Shown here one piece after another: positions 1 through 8,990 of a stretch of DNA of 64,000 bases. Below the pieces are notes generated by a model. The model had not been told where the DNA came from. It ran no database searches and saw only the letters and a list, made by a program, of their open reading frames with translations. Location: positions 780-64,779 of the forward strand of contig JBHHXT010000006.1 of NCBI GenBank assembly GCA_046757165.1, in the 5' to 3' direction. Both the position numbers and the translations under genes were made by a program. Source of the stretch: a bacterium (GTDB lineage: Bacteria > Zhuqueibacterota > Zhuqueibacteria > Oceanimicrobiales > Oceanimicrobiaceae). Each line of letters opens with the position of its first letter. The stretch's first letter is position 1.

Positions 1-3000
1 AAGGGTCGCTTCGTTTGAAGGCTTCGATGTGTCGGTAGGCGGTCAGGGCATCTTCATACATTTGGTTACGGAAGTAAGCATTGCCCAACATGACGTACCC
101 ATCCGTAAAATCGGGGTCGCGTTTGATGGCAGCTTTGAAGCAGATGATCGCGTCCTCGTATTGTTTGTCTTGATAGTGTTGTGTACCGCGCGACAACTCA
201 GCCGGTGGTTGTTCGGCTGGCGGACGGTCATCGGCATAGGTCGGAGTCGCGCGGCGCTGCACCGGTGGTGTTTGGCTGCCGGCTGCGACTTCGCCGTGCG
301 GTGTGGATGTCCTCTGTTCTGCATCGATGTCACCAACATGCTCGCTTTGAGGCTCGATCGAAAGGCTGGGTTCCGGGGCATGTGAACGGGTCGCAAGCTT
401 GTCATCGAGCTCGTTGCTTGTAATCTCGAAACCTTTGAGGGAAGGGAAGACGGGAGTGTCTGGTGGTTTTCGCGGCGTTTCCTTGGTTTCTTCCGGTGCA
501 GTCAAGTCCGGGCTTGCCATCTCCGGCGCGTCGACCGTGTCCTCGCGCGCCAGAAATTCCACAGCCTCTTTTTCAGGTGAGATGTCATGAATGTTCTTGT
601 TCTCGAGGGCAATTTCTGAATCTTGCTGCTCCGCTGCAGGTGTGTCTCCTTCGTTGTCTATGAAGTCCGGACGAACCTGAATCTCACTCTCTACTTCCTT
701 TGTCTCCTCGTCGGGAAAGTCCGTCTCGGGCTCGTTCTGCCCGAGGAGTGCCTCTACGGTGGTGTCGAAGTAGCCCTCGTGTTCTCTGGTCTCGGCACCG
801 GAATCAGAATCAGACAGGTCGGTGTTCGCCTCGGTCTCTGTCAACGCATCCGGCATCGGGGGGCCTGCGTGGCTGGATTCGGGTTTGTCGGCGTCGTCCT
901 GCGTCGTTTCTGATGCGCCTGCTGCGGAACCATCTGCACCCTCAGCAGGGCCTTCAGGCCGCGTCGCGCTATCTTCTGCCGCCCCGGGCTCCTGTCCTTG
1001 CTTTGTCTCGAATGAACCTTCGGCAGCAGAGCCGGCGTCTCCGATCAGCTCACCAGTGGCAGCCTCCATACCCGAATAAAACTCGATGATGTCATCGGGT
1101 TGGATGGGGTGAGTCGAGCCGAGCAAGGTGCCCTCAGACGGGACGGGTCCGGGCAAGCCCGCTTGTTGGTCGATTTGCTCCGGTGGTGGGACCGTTTCCG
1201 CCGGTTCAGGCCCATCTTCTGCATGAACGGGCCTGGTGGCTTCGTCTGTGGAACGAGACTCTGGTTCGGCCGCACCCGGCTGGCTCGCGAACGGTTCTAT
1301 CTCAGCGATTTCAAATTCAGCAGGCGCACCTGGCAGGCCCACACCCTGTTCTCTTGCCAATTCCAGGTCGTCTGTCTTCGCGGTGCCCTCGGACTCGGCC
1401 TGAGGCGGTTGAACATCGCTCTCCAGGGTTTCTTGCCCGGATTCGATGATTGCGGCTTCCTGCTCGTCAGTGCCGGATTCATCGGCATCGGCGCTCGCGA
1501 GATTGTCCGGTACCTCAGGTTCAACCTGCAGTTCTTGTTCCGTGTCGACTGGCAGCTCTGGAGTGCTCTCCTGCGTCAAGTCAGGCGGTGGAGCCGTGTC
1601 GCAGATTTCCGGCTCAGCAGGGTGAATTTCTCCGGCAGCATCCGAAGATAGGATGGCATGTTCCGGTGCCTCTGGCTCCTCTGACTCGACATGGGATTGA
1701 GCCTCGGGTTCGCGCTCCGCAACCTCGCCAGCCTCACGCTCTTGCCCGGCCAGGGGTTGCACCGCGGCTTCAGACTTGTCGTCCGGTTCGGCCGCAGCTT
1801 CTTTCCCGCCATCTTCTGCCGCCGCTTCCAGCACATCCACTTCGTCCGGCGTTGCAGGGGCCGCGGGCAGCAAGGCTTCCGGTTCTCGTCCGGCCGGGGC
1901 GTGCACGGTGGCTTCAGACTTATCGTCCGGTTCGGCTGCGGCTTCTTTTTCGCCATCTTCTGCCGCCGCTTCCAGCACATCCACATCGTCCGGCGTCTCA
2001 GGGGCCGCGGGCGGTAAGGGTTCCGGTTCTTGCCCGGCCGGGGCGTGCACCGCGGCTTCAGACTTGTCGTCCGGTTCGGTTGCGGCTTCTTTTTCACCAT
2101 CTTCTGCCGTTGCTTCCAGCACATCCACATCGTCCGGCGTTGCAGGGGTGGCGGGCAGTGAGGGTTCCGGTGGTTCTGGGGCTTCCGCGGTCTCGACTTC
2201 ACTCGATACGTCGTCGGACTTGTCCTCAATCTCTGCTGGGCGCTCGGGTTCCGCAGGCGCCTCTTTCGCCGTGGCCGGGACGACATCCTCGGCCATCTCG
2301 ACCGAGTCGGGCGAGTCGTCCACCGGGCTCTCTGTTGTTTCAGCGGGTGCGCTTTCCACTGTTGCTGGCGGGCTGGCAAGATTTCTGGCATAACTATCAA
2401 AGATGGAATCTATCAAAGAATCTGAGATATCTTCGGCAAGAAGAGTACTGCTCTCGTCGCCACCAGCGTCGCCGGTCAACTCTGTACCGGCCGGCAGATG
2501 CAGCGCCTTCCTGTCGGTTTCCAGAGGGTCATCCATGCGGGCATTCAAATCCTGGGCGGCGCCTGGCACGTCCGTTTCTTCGACTTCTGCGCCGCCGGCA
2601 ACGTCTGCGGCGACCTCAGTTTGGTCCAACGAGAGCGTTTCATCCGGCCTGTGCGTTTCGGTCAACTCTTCACGGTTCGTGCTGGAGATGAGTTGGTCGA
2701 GAAAATCACCAAATACGAAATCAGCCTCGATGTCCGGACAAAAGAAGGCGGTGTCCGACCGGTCCTGTTCAAACGAAGGTTCACTCGATTGACTCTTCTG
2801 GCCGGTGGGGGCGCCGGGTTCGGCAGGTTTGTCGCCCTTGCGGATGGCCGGCTGATCGCTTGTGAGAGGCGCCACACGCAGCCTCTTGCGTATCTTGATG
2901 TGGCCATTCAGGGACAGTTGCGGCGTGCCTGGCGGGTTGGCGTTGCGCTGTTTTTCTGCACACAATTTGGCGTATCGTCTGCGCAATTCAGGGGTGGGCA

Positions 3001-5188
3001 GCTTTTGTCTTTGCAGTTCTGCTTCGATCTTCTCAGCGTTGATTTTGGTCTCTTTGTATCTGGGAAGCTCGAGCTCAGCCGCGATCTCAGCAGGTGCAAA
3101 TTCAGGATGGTGCGCCACAACATCCAGCATTTTGGTTGTGTCTTCAATGCTGAGGTATTTGCTTTCGACCGAAAGACCTTCCTCGACGGGCACGGGTTCT
3201 GCTTGTCCTTCAGGCTCCGCGTCGGTTTTTTTTCGAATTGTGACGATGGTGATATCATCGTGCAGCGGCCCGTCTTCCCGAAAGGAATAGATGCTGTTTT
3301 TCAGCTTTTCAACGAACAGAGTGAGCGGCAGTTTGCTGTGCCTTCTGACTTGCTTCAGGAGCCTTTCTTCGCCAAATTCGCCTCGTTGTGGATTTCTCGC
3401 TTCCGTAATCCCATCTGTATACAGGAGAATAGTGTCGCCGTCTTGCAGTTGAATCGTTTCCGACACGATATTATTGCGGAAGAAATCTTTTTCCGGCAGC
3501 GTGATGCCCACCGGACACCCTATCGGGTTGAGGTAAAACGTCTTGCCCGTTTCCCCACGATGCAGGATGAGGGGAGTATGGCCGCCACTGGCAAAATTCA
3601 CCACGCAGGTTTTTGTGTTGACCACCAGGTAGAAGACGGTGACGAACATGCCGTTCCGCAGGTCGTTCGCGACGAAATCGTTGACTCGTGTCAGCACCTC
3701 CGCCGCGTCATGAACGCCCCGCGCCTCGGTCCTCAGTGCCGTGCGAATCATGGTCATGACCATCGAACCGGGCACGCCTTTGCCGGCAACGTCGGCTATG
3801 ACAACCCCGAGTCGGTCCTGGTCGACCTCGATAAAATCATAGTAATCGCCGCTGACTGTTGCGGCCCCCTCATAGTATGCCGCAATCTCGATCTTGTCCA
3901 GAACCGGGATTTGGGCTGGCAACAGGGACTGCTGAATATCCTTTGCCAGATGTATCTCCTTCTCGAACCGTTCGCTTTGCTCCAGGTGCTTTTGGGTTTC
4001 GTTGAATCTTTGCGTGATGTCACTGAACGCCCGGGCAATCTCTCCAATCTCAGAGGAGCCATCAATATCGAGATCCTTTCTCACTTCTCCCTTGCCGGTC
4101 GCTCTAACCCACTCTGAGAGTTTGCGCACAGGGTAGTTGATAATGAAACTGAAGAGCGCCAAAAGAACATAGCTGGCGCCCAGCGTCACGAGCCCTAGCT
4201 TAATGTAACGCAGCCGTCTAAGATGCACTTCATTGTCAACGTAGTGTTTTGAGAGCAGAATATGGACCTTTTTGTAGGCCGCGGGTTCATTCTCGAAATT
4301 CAATCGCCGTTCGAACTCATAGACGGCCACGCTATCGTTGAGTACGTAGGTGGTGACGCCTGGCACGAAATCAGCCACCTGGCCAGGCCGGACAAAGGGT
4401 GAATCCAGCTCTGCCTCGACCGTCGACCAGGCAATGTGACCCAGGCTGTCTTCAACCGAAAGGCTATAGATTTGTCCGAAGTTTTCTTCATAGATGGGCA
4501 AGAGAATGGCACTCAAATAGGATTCACCGTCCGGGCCGTTCAACAGCCCCGGTTTGATGGCACTGATCTGGTTGCCGACCTGTTTGCACAGCTTTCGGCC
4601 AGACTGGATGAATACGTCGCTGACTCTTTTTTCTGCTTGCCAGTAATAGTAGCCGACGCCGGCGACATTGAAGAGCGTGACAAGCAAGATGGCGTTGACA
4701 AAATAGCGGATCTTCGAGGCCGGCGGCAGCCCCCACAAATAGGTCAGACTCAACCGCTTTGGATGTCCCCTGTCGACCTTGGTCAAACTCAGCTCATTGC
4801 CCGCCTCAGACTTGCGATAGTCGATCTCGTCCATCAGCTTGCGCATCATAAAGATGCCCAGCCCGACCTTTTCGCCCAGACCGGCCGTTTCTTTGATGTT
4901 GGGCGTTCTGGCCCATTTCGGATCGAAAAAGGCGCCCTGGTCGATGAGATTGATGGTCAGACTCTTTCGGCGAACGATGGCCTGAATGGTGATATACCCT
5001 TCGTTTTCGCTGTAGGCATGGTTAATGATATTGGTGGCGGCCTCATCGATGGCAATTTTGAAGGCGTTGACCAGTTTACGGCTGTAGCCGTACTTCGTGC
5101 CAATTTGGGTCACAAAGTCGCGCAGGCTGGCCAGGTGGTCAATATGGGCAGGGACGATCAGATGTTCTTTTTGGGCAAATCTAAACAA
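1..5188 (-). CDS. Very large multidomain signalling protein, at least 1729 aa within the window. Minus-strand ORF with TTG start at 5188; its C-terminus runs past position 1, so it is absent from the ORF table. Architecture: RsbW-like HATPase_c serine-kinase/anti-sigma domain, TM1, about 145-aa periplasmic loop, TM2, HAMP, PP2C/SpoIIE phosphatase, about 900-aa acidic low-complexity region with 48-aa tandem repeats, then C-terminal TPR repeats.
   Basis: My manual reverse-complement translation from 5188 to 1 is stop-free and gives meaningful protein throughout. An in-frame TGA lies upstream at 5222-5224, and the TTG start gives MFRFAQKEHLIVPAHIDHLASLRDFVTQIG...IDEAATNIINHAY, a spacing typical of RsbW N-termini. 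Hydrophobic helices YFVNAILLVTLFNVAGVGYYY and LGLVTLGASYVLLALFSFII bracket the loop. The PP2C motifs are IADVAGKGVPGSMVM and ILLYTDGITEA. The tail is rich in E/D/P/A, and the window ends in TPR-like sequence (YEDAIICFKAAIKRDPDFTDGYVMLGNAYFRNQMYEDALTAYRHIEAF). Forward ORFs 2498..4117, 4436..5209 and 1450..2691 are antisense shadows. Confidence 0.75.
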   Translation of the reverse strand, partial: MFRFAQKEHLIVPAHIDHLASLRDFVTQIGTKYGYSRKLVNAFKIAIDEAATNIINHAYSENEGYITIQAIVRRKSLTINLIDQGAFFDPKWARTPNIKETAGLGEKVGLGIFMMRKLMDEIDYRKSEAGNELSLTKVDRGHPKRLSLTYLWGLPPASKIRYFVNAILLVTLFNVAGVGYYYWQAEKRVSDVFIQSGRKLCKQVGNQISAIKPGLLNGPDGESYLSAILLPIYEENFGQIYSLSVEDSLGHIAWSTVEAELDSPFVRPGQVADFVPGVTTYVLNDSVAVYEFERRLNFENEPAAYKKVHILLSKHYVDNEVHLRRLRYIKLGLVTLGASYVLLALFSFIINYPVRKLSEWVRATGKGEVRKDLDIDGSSEIGEIARAFSDITQRFNETQKHLEQSERFEKEIHLAKDIQQSLLPAQIPVLDKIEIAAYYEGAATVSGDYYDFIEVDQDRLGVVIADVAGKGVPGSMVMTMIRTALRTEARGVHDAAEVLTRVNDFVANDLRNGMFVTVFYLVVNTKTCVVNFASGGHTPLILHRGETGKTFYLNPIGCPVGITLPEKDFFRNNIVSETIQLQDGDTILLYTDGITEARNPQRGEFGEERLLKQVRRHSKLPLTLFVEKLKNSIYSFREDGPLHDDITIVTIRKKTDAEPEGQAEPVPVEEGLSVESKYLSIEDTTKMLDVVAHHPEFAPAEIAAELELPRYKETKINAEKIEAELQRQKLPTPELRRRYAKLCAEKQRNANPPGTPQLSLNGHIKIRKRLRVAPLTSDQPAIRKGDKPAEPGAPTGQKSQSSEPSFEQDRSDTAFFCPDIEADFVFGDFLDQLISSTNREELTETHRPDETLSLDQTEVAADVAGGAEVEETDVPGAAQDLNARMDDPLETDRKALHLPAGTELTGDAGGDESSTLLAEDISDSLIDSIFDSYARNLASPPATVESAPAETTESPVDDSPDSVEMAEDVVPATAKEAPAEPERPAEIEDKSDDVSSEVETAEAPEPPEPSLPATPATPDDVDVLEATAEDGEKEAATEPDDKSEAAVHAPAGQEPEPLPPAAPETPDDVDVLEAAAEDGEKEAAAEPDDKSEATVHAPAGREPEALLPAAPATPDEVDVLEAAAEDGGKEAAAEPDDKSEAAVQPLAGQEREAGEVAEREPEAQSHVESEEPEAPEHAILSSDAAGEIHPAEPEICDTAPPPDLTQESTPELPVDTEQELQVEPEVPDNLASADADESGTDEQEAAIIESGQETLESDVQPPQAESEGTAKTDDLELAREQGVGLPGAPAEFEIAEIEPFASQPGAAEPESRSTDEATRPVHAEDGPEPAETVPPPEQIDQQAGLPGPVPSEGTLLGSTHPIQPDDIIEFYSGMEAATGELIGDAGSAAEGSFETKQGQEPGAAEDSATRPEGPAEGADGSAAGASETTQDDADKPESSHAGPPMPDALTETEANTDLSDSDSGAETREHEGYFDTTVEALLGQNEPETDFPDEETKEVESEIQVRPDFIDNEGDTPAAEQQDSEIALENKNIHDISPEKEAVEFLAREDTVDAPEMASPDLTAPEETKETPRKPPDTPVFPSLKGFEITSNELDDKLATRSHAPEPSLSIEPQSEHVGDIDAEQRTSTPHGEVAAGSQTPPVQRRATPTYADDRPPAEQPPAELSRGTQHYQDKQYEDAIICFKAAIKRDPDFTDGYVMLGNAYFRNQMYEDALTAYRHIEAFKRSDP
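1759..2190 (-). repeat. Three tandem 144-bp in-frame repeats (48 aa each) inside the acidic region of the 1..5188 gene.
   Basis: The units begin at about 1759, 1903 and 2047 (period 144 bp) and are near-identical, with forward-strand core gcttcagacttgtcgtccggttcgg...ccagcacatccac. On the minus strand they encode PATPDDVDVLEA(A/T)AEDGEKEAA(A/T)EPDDKSEA(A/T)VHAPAGQEPE-type units. Confidence 0.8.
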
Positions 5189-5264
5189 ACTCTGTTCTCG
5201 ATGCGTTAGACCGATTCTCCCTCACGATGAGGAGAGAGTCAGTCGTGTCCATGCGGCAGGGCCA

Positions 5265-6026
5265 TCAACTCTTTTTCGAGTTGAGCGTGATGCTTTGCAA
5301 CTGATTCTTCTTGAGACTTCCCAGGAACACAGGGTACTCGCACTTTCTTCTCAAGTTCTCTGCCAGCAGTCTGCCTCCGATCGCATTTTTGTCCGATTTA
5401 TTGATGAAGATAGCAATGTGGGCGTGGATCGGGATGTTTTTCAGGTAGCTATAGGGCGAGATCAGCTCACGAGCGATGATTTCAGGCGTCAGGGTCGTGC
5501 CCATTTTCAGGTCCCACTTTCTTGCAAAAAGCTCCGCGCGGTGGACCCATTTATCGCTCAGGGGTTGCCCCACTGCCTCGGCGCCACAAATAATAATCAC
5601 GGAAGTGCAGTCGCCCGGAATGACAGGCTCGTACTCTTTGTGTGTCTTCAAGGGTCGTTGTCGGGCCCCATCTGCCTCAACCAAAACGATATCGGACTTT
5701 GTTCGCAGCTCCGAGACGGTTTGCTGACTCACCCCCAGCAGCCGGTTCTTCTCCTGATAAGAATCTTTAGCGACAGCGGCAAGCTTCGATGTTTGGAGCC
5801 AGGATTCTACCTCTGACAGGTAGTCCCGGCTTTCCGTCTGCAGAACGGTGGCAATCCTGGACGAGACCTGGAATTTGGTGGTTGAGGTCAACACAACTCT
5901 CAAGTTGCGTTCAATCAACTCCCTGGAAAGTTTGTCCATCAAGGTGGATTTGCCCCCGCCGCCGATGATAGCGACGACCTGGTTTGCCGGGGCATTTCTC
6001 GAGTCGATAAGCGCTGCCAATTGCAT
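5265..6026 (-). CDS. yqeC: YqeC-family P-loop protein (putative selenium-dependent molybdenum hydroxylase accessory protein).
   Basis: 253 aa with an N-terminal Walker A motif (VVAIIGGGGKSTLM) and a size and motif layout matching the YqeC/TIGR03172 family. The family assignment is from memory of that family. Confidence 0.5.
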   Translation of the reverse strand: MQLAALIDSRNAPANQVVAIIGGGGKSTLMDKLSRELIERNLRVVLTSTTKFQVSSRIATVLQTESRDYLSEVESWLQTSKLAAVAKDSYQEKNRLLGVSQQTVSELRTKSDIVLVEADGARQRPLKTHKEYEPVIPGDCTSVIIICGAEAVGQPLSDKWVHRAELFARKWDLKMGTTLTPEIIARELISPYSYLKNIPIHAHIAIFINKSDKNAIGGRLLAENLRRKCEYPVFLGSLKKNQLQSITLNSKKS

Positions 6027-6283
6027 CTTGTGTGCCTTTTCCTGAAGAATCCAAAGATTAGAATAATTGCAGATAAATGCAAGGGGTCATTTCTAAAAAG
6101 TGTTTGATGGTAGAGTCTCCGGGGCGGATTTTTCCCTTGATTGTCAGAGCGGAAATGCTATATTTAATATAAAATAGATGCAAGAATGCTGAACAGCGTA
6201 ATTCTCGAACATGGTTTTATTTCTTTCTTAATCAACAAATTATACACGTTCGCAATCCACGTAATACAAGTAAAGGAGAACCT

Positions 6284-7480
6284 ATGTCTTCAGCAGATTT
6301 GACGCGATCGAAAGAACATTTTGCGAACCTGATCGAGCAGCAACTGCAGCGTGTCGAAAGGATGAAGCAAGACGCGGACTGGATCGACTATAGCACTCTC
6401 AAGCCAATCATTATCGGAATCGTCGGCGGCGACGGCATCGGGCCGTTTATCGCCGCCGAAGCACAACGGATTCTGGAATTCTTGCTCAAGGAAGAGGTCG
6501 CGTCCGGCAAAGTCGAGTTCCGGGTGATCGAGGGCCTCACCATTCAACGGCGCGCCGAAGTCAGGAAGGCCATCCCGGACGAGGTGCTGGAAGATCTCGA
6601 GAAGTGCCACATCACGCTCAAAGGGCCCACGACCACCCCGCGCAAGGGCGATCCCTGGCCGAACGTCGAAAGCGCGAACGTCGCCATGCGCAAAGAGCTC
6701 GAATTGTTTGCCAATGTGCGTCCGGTAAAAGTTCCAACCGAAGGCATCGATTGGGTCTTCTTCAGAGAAAACACCGAAGGCGCTTACGCATTGGGGAGCA
6801 ACGGGGTCAACATCTCCGATGATCTCGCCATCGACTTTACCGTCAGTACCACGCAGGGAACGTCACGACTCATTCGTCTCGCCTTTGAACACGCCAGGAA
6901 AAACAACATCGACAAAGTCACCCTGGTGACAAAAGCGAATGTGATAAAAACCACGGACGGCAAGTTTCTGGATATCGGCTACAGGATCGCCAGGGAGTAC
7001 CCGAATATTCAGTGTGATGATTGGTACATCGATATCATGACGGCGAAATTAGTGGATCCCAAGCGTCGATCGCAGTTCAAGGTGATGGCCCTACCGAATC
7101 TGTATGGCGACATTCTTACCGACGAAGCTGCGGAGTTCCAGGGAGGGGTGGGCACGGCCGGGAGCGCCAATATTGGCACCCGGTATGCCATGTTCGAAGC
7201 CATTCATGGCAGCGCACCCCGCATGGTCAAGGAAGGTCGCGCGCAATACGCTGACCCGTCCAGCATGATTCGCGCCGCCAGCATGTTGCTCAGACACATC
7301 GGATATGAGCAAAAGGCCAGCAACCTGGAAATGGCGCTCGATATTTGCGGCCAGCTCGAGAAGAAATTGACCATCACGGGCAGGGACACAGGCGCCACAG
7401 GCAAAGATTTGGCTGACTACATCATGAGCACGGTGCAGGAGGCCAATCTAAAATCCAAATGGCAAGAATTGCAGCAATAG
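6284..7480 (+). CDS. icd: Isocitrate dehydrogenase (isocitrate/isopropylmalate dehydrogenase family).
   Basis: 398 aa with an AAAGGAGA ribosome-binding site 6 nt upstream. It carries GIVGGDGIGPFI and NLYGDILTDEAAEFQGGVGTAGSANIG decarboxylating-dehydrogenase motifs, sits next to citrate synthase, and is preceded by an AT-rich divergent promoter region 6030-6283. Confidence 0.8.
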   Translation: MSSADLTRSKEHFANLIEQQLQRVERMKQDADWIDYSTLKPIIIGIVGGDGIGPFIAAEAQRILEFLLKEEVASGKVEFRVIEGLTIQRRAEVRKAIPDEVLEDLEKCHITLKGPTTTPRKGDPWPNVESANVAMRKELELFANVRPVKVPTEGIDWVFFRENTEGAYALGSNGVNISDDLAIDFTVSTTQGTSRLIRLAFEHARKNNIDKVTLVTKANVIKTTDGKFLDIGYRIAREYPNIQCDDWYIDIMTAKLVDPKRRSQFKVMALPNLYGDILTDEAAEFQGGVGTAGSANIGTRYAMFEAIHGSAPRMVKEGRAQYADPSSMIRAASMLLRHIGYEQKASNLEMALDICGQLEKKLTITGRDTGATGKDLADYIMSTVQEANLKSKWQELQQ

Positions 7481-7599
7481 ATTGATGGTTCTTGCTGTTA
7501 TCATGATTGGATGACGACAAAAGTTTTGCATTCTTGCGGAAATGAATGATCGTTTGGTGAAGAGGCTTAACCAGAGACTACTTTATGAGGAGGCTTTGC

Positions 7600-8850
7600 A
7601 TGAGTGCACAAGAAGTCAATGAGTTGATCAGGCAGGCAGCCATCAAAGCCGCGCGTGAAACCGACAACGAACCCGAGCCAGGCCTGACGAAAGAATTGGA
7701 TTGGCCCGTGCAGGTCACTCTTGGCAGAGGACTCGAAGGGGCTATCTCCAATAGCACGAAGATCGGTTATGTCAACGGTGCCAAGGGCTGGTTGGTCTAT
7801 CGCGGCTACAACTGCTTCGACCTGGCAGAAAAGTCCACGTTCGAAGAAACCACTTATCTTCTGCTGTTCGGAAGGCTCCCCACGTCTCCGGAGCTGGAAA
7901 AATTCAGGGAGAAACTTATCAGCTATCGCACGGTTCCGAGAGCGGTGTTTGATGTGTTGCGCGCGGTGCCGGCTGCCCGGAGCCATCCCATGTCGATTTT
8001 GGCTACAGCCGTGTCGGTGCTCGGCAATCTGGACGACAACGCCGAGGACACATCGGTTGAGGCCGAGACCGAGATCGCCGTCAAACTCATTGCCCAGATG
8101 GCGACCATCTCAGGCGCAATTGCCCGCATCCGTCAGGGGAAAGAGGCCGTAGCGCCCAATCCAGAATTGAGCCACGCGGGAAACTTCATGTATATGATGA
8201 CCGGGGAAACGCCAGATGACGCCAGCGAACGCATCATGGATGCTGCGCTGATTCTGCACGCTGACCATGGCATGAACGCTTCGACATTTACGACCATGGT
8301 GGTCAATTCTTCGCTTTCGGACATGTACAGCTCGATTGTCGCTGGCATCGGCAGTTTGAAGGGTCCCTTGCACGGTGGCGCCAATGAGCGTGTGCTCTAC
8401 GACCTCGAGGATATCGGCAGCCCGGACCAGGTCGAAGCCTGGTTTGCGAAAGCGCGCCAGGCCAAACGCAAGGTCATGGGATTCGGTCACCGGGTGTACA
8501 AGGCCTACGATCCCAGAGCCCGCATCCTGGGACCGATCGCCGAACTCGTGGCCCGCCGCGATGAAGAGACACGCAAACTGTATGAAACTGCGGTGCGCCT
8601 GGAAACTCAGGTATGCTCCGTGTTGGGCGCCGAGAAAAAGATCTTCCCCAATGTTGATTTCTATTCCGGCATCATCTACAAAGCGATGGGCATCGAGACT
8701 GCGATGTTCACGCCTATCTTCGCGGTCAGCCGCATCGCCGGCTGGACGGCGAGGGCCCTCGAATATCTGGCAGATAACCGGCTCTTCCGGCCGAGAGCCA
8801 TCTATACCGGTCCGATCAAGGCCGAGTACGTGCCGCTGAGCGAGCGCTAG
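7600..8850 (+). CDS. gltA: Citrate synthase.
   Basis: It contains HADHGMNASTFT and GFGHRVYKAYDPRA citrate synthase signatures. I prefer the ATG at 7600 (MSAQEVNELI) because the table start at 7585 overlaps the GAGGAGG ribosome-binding site. Confidence 0.85.
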   Translation: MSAQEVNELIRQAAIKAARETDNEPEPGLTKELDWPVQVTLGRGLEGAISNSTKIGYVNGAKGWLVYRGYNCFDLAEKSTFEETTYLLLFGRLPTSPELEKFREKLISYRTVPRAVFDVLRAVPAARSHPMSILATAVSVLGNLDDNAEDTSVEAETEIAVKLIAQMATISGAIARIRQGKEAVAPNPELSHAGNFMYMMTGETPDDASERIMDAALILHADHGMNASTFTTMVVNSSLSDMYSSIVAGIGSLKGPLHGGANERVLYDLEDIGSPDQVEAWFAKARQAKRKVMGFGHRVYKAYDPRARILGPIAELVARRDEETRKLYETAVRLETQVCSVLGAEKKIFPNVDFYSGIIYKAMGIETAMFTPIFAVSRIAGWTARALEYLADNRLFRPRAIYTGPIKAEYVPLSER

Positions 8851-8990
8851 GTGTTGCAGTACAGCAACTGGCTCGCTGCTCTACCGGAGTTTAGAGATTT
8901 CACAGGTGCCGCGCCCACAATTGGCTCAACTCGACATTGCGCGGCACCGGCATCATTGTAGAAAAGGGACTTTTAACAAGAGGTGCTGAT

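Noticed and set aside
1759-2190. Possibility that the 144-bp tandem repeats are a CRISPR array or satellite.
   Set aside because: The units are contiguous with no unique spacers. They keep the reading frame of a long ORF and encode a repeated acidic peptide, so they are coding tandem repeats.
2498-4117. 539-aa forward ORF (and neighbours 1450..2691, 1776..2393, 4436..5209).
   Set aside because: They lie antisense to the stop-free minus-strand giant gene and are probably shadow ORFs. Their translations are low-complexity or Gly/Arg-rich nonsense.
8904-8948. 10-bp inverted repeat ggtgccgcgc / gcgcggcacc between gltA and fadE as a terminator.
   Set aside because: There is no U-tract after the stem and the loop is 25 nt. 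It may be a regulatory hairpin, but I could not support a call.
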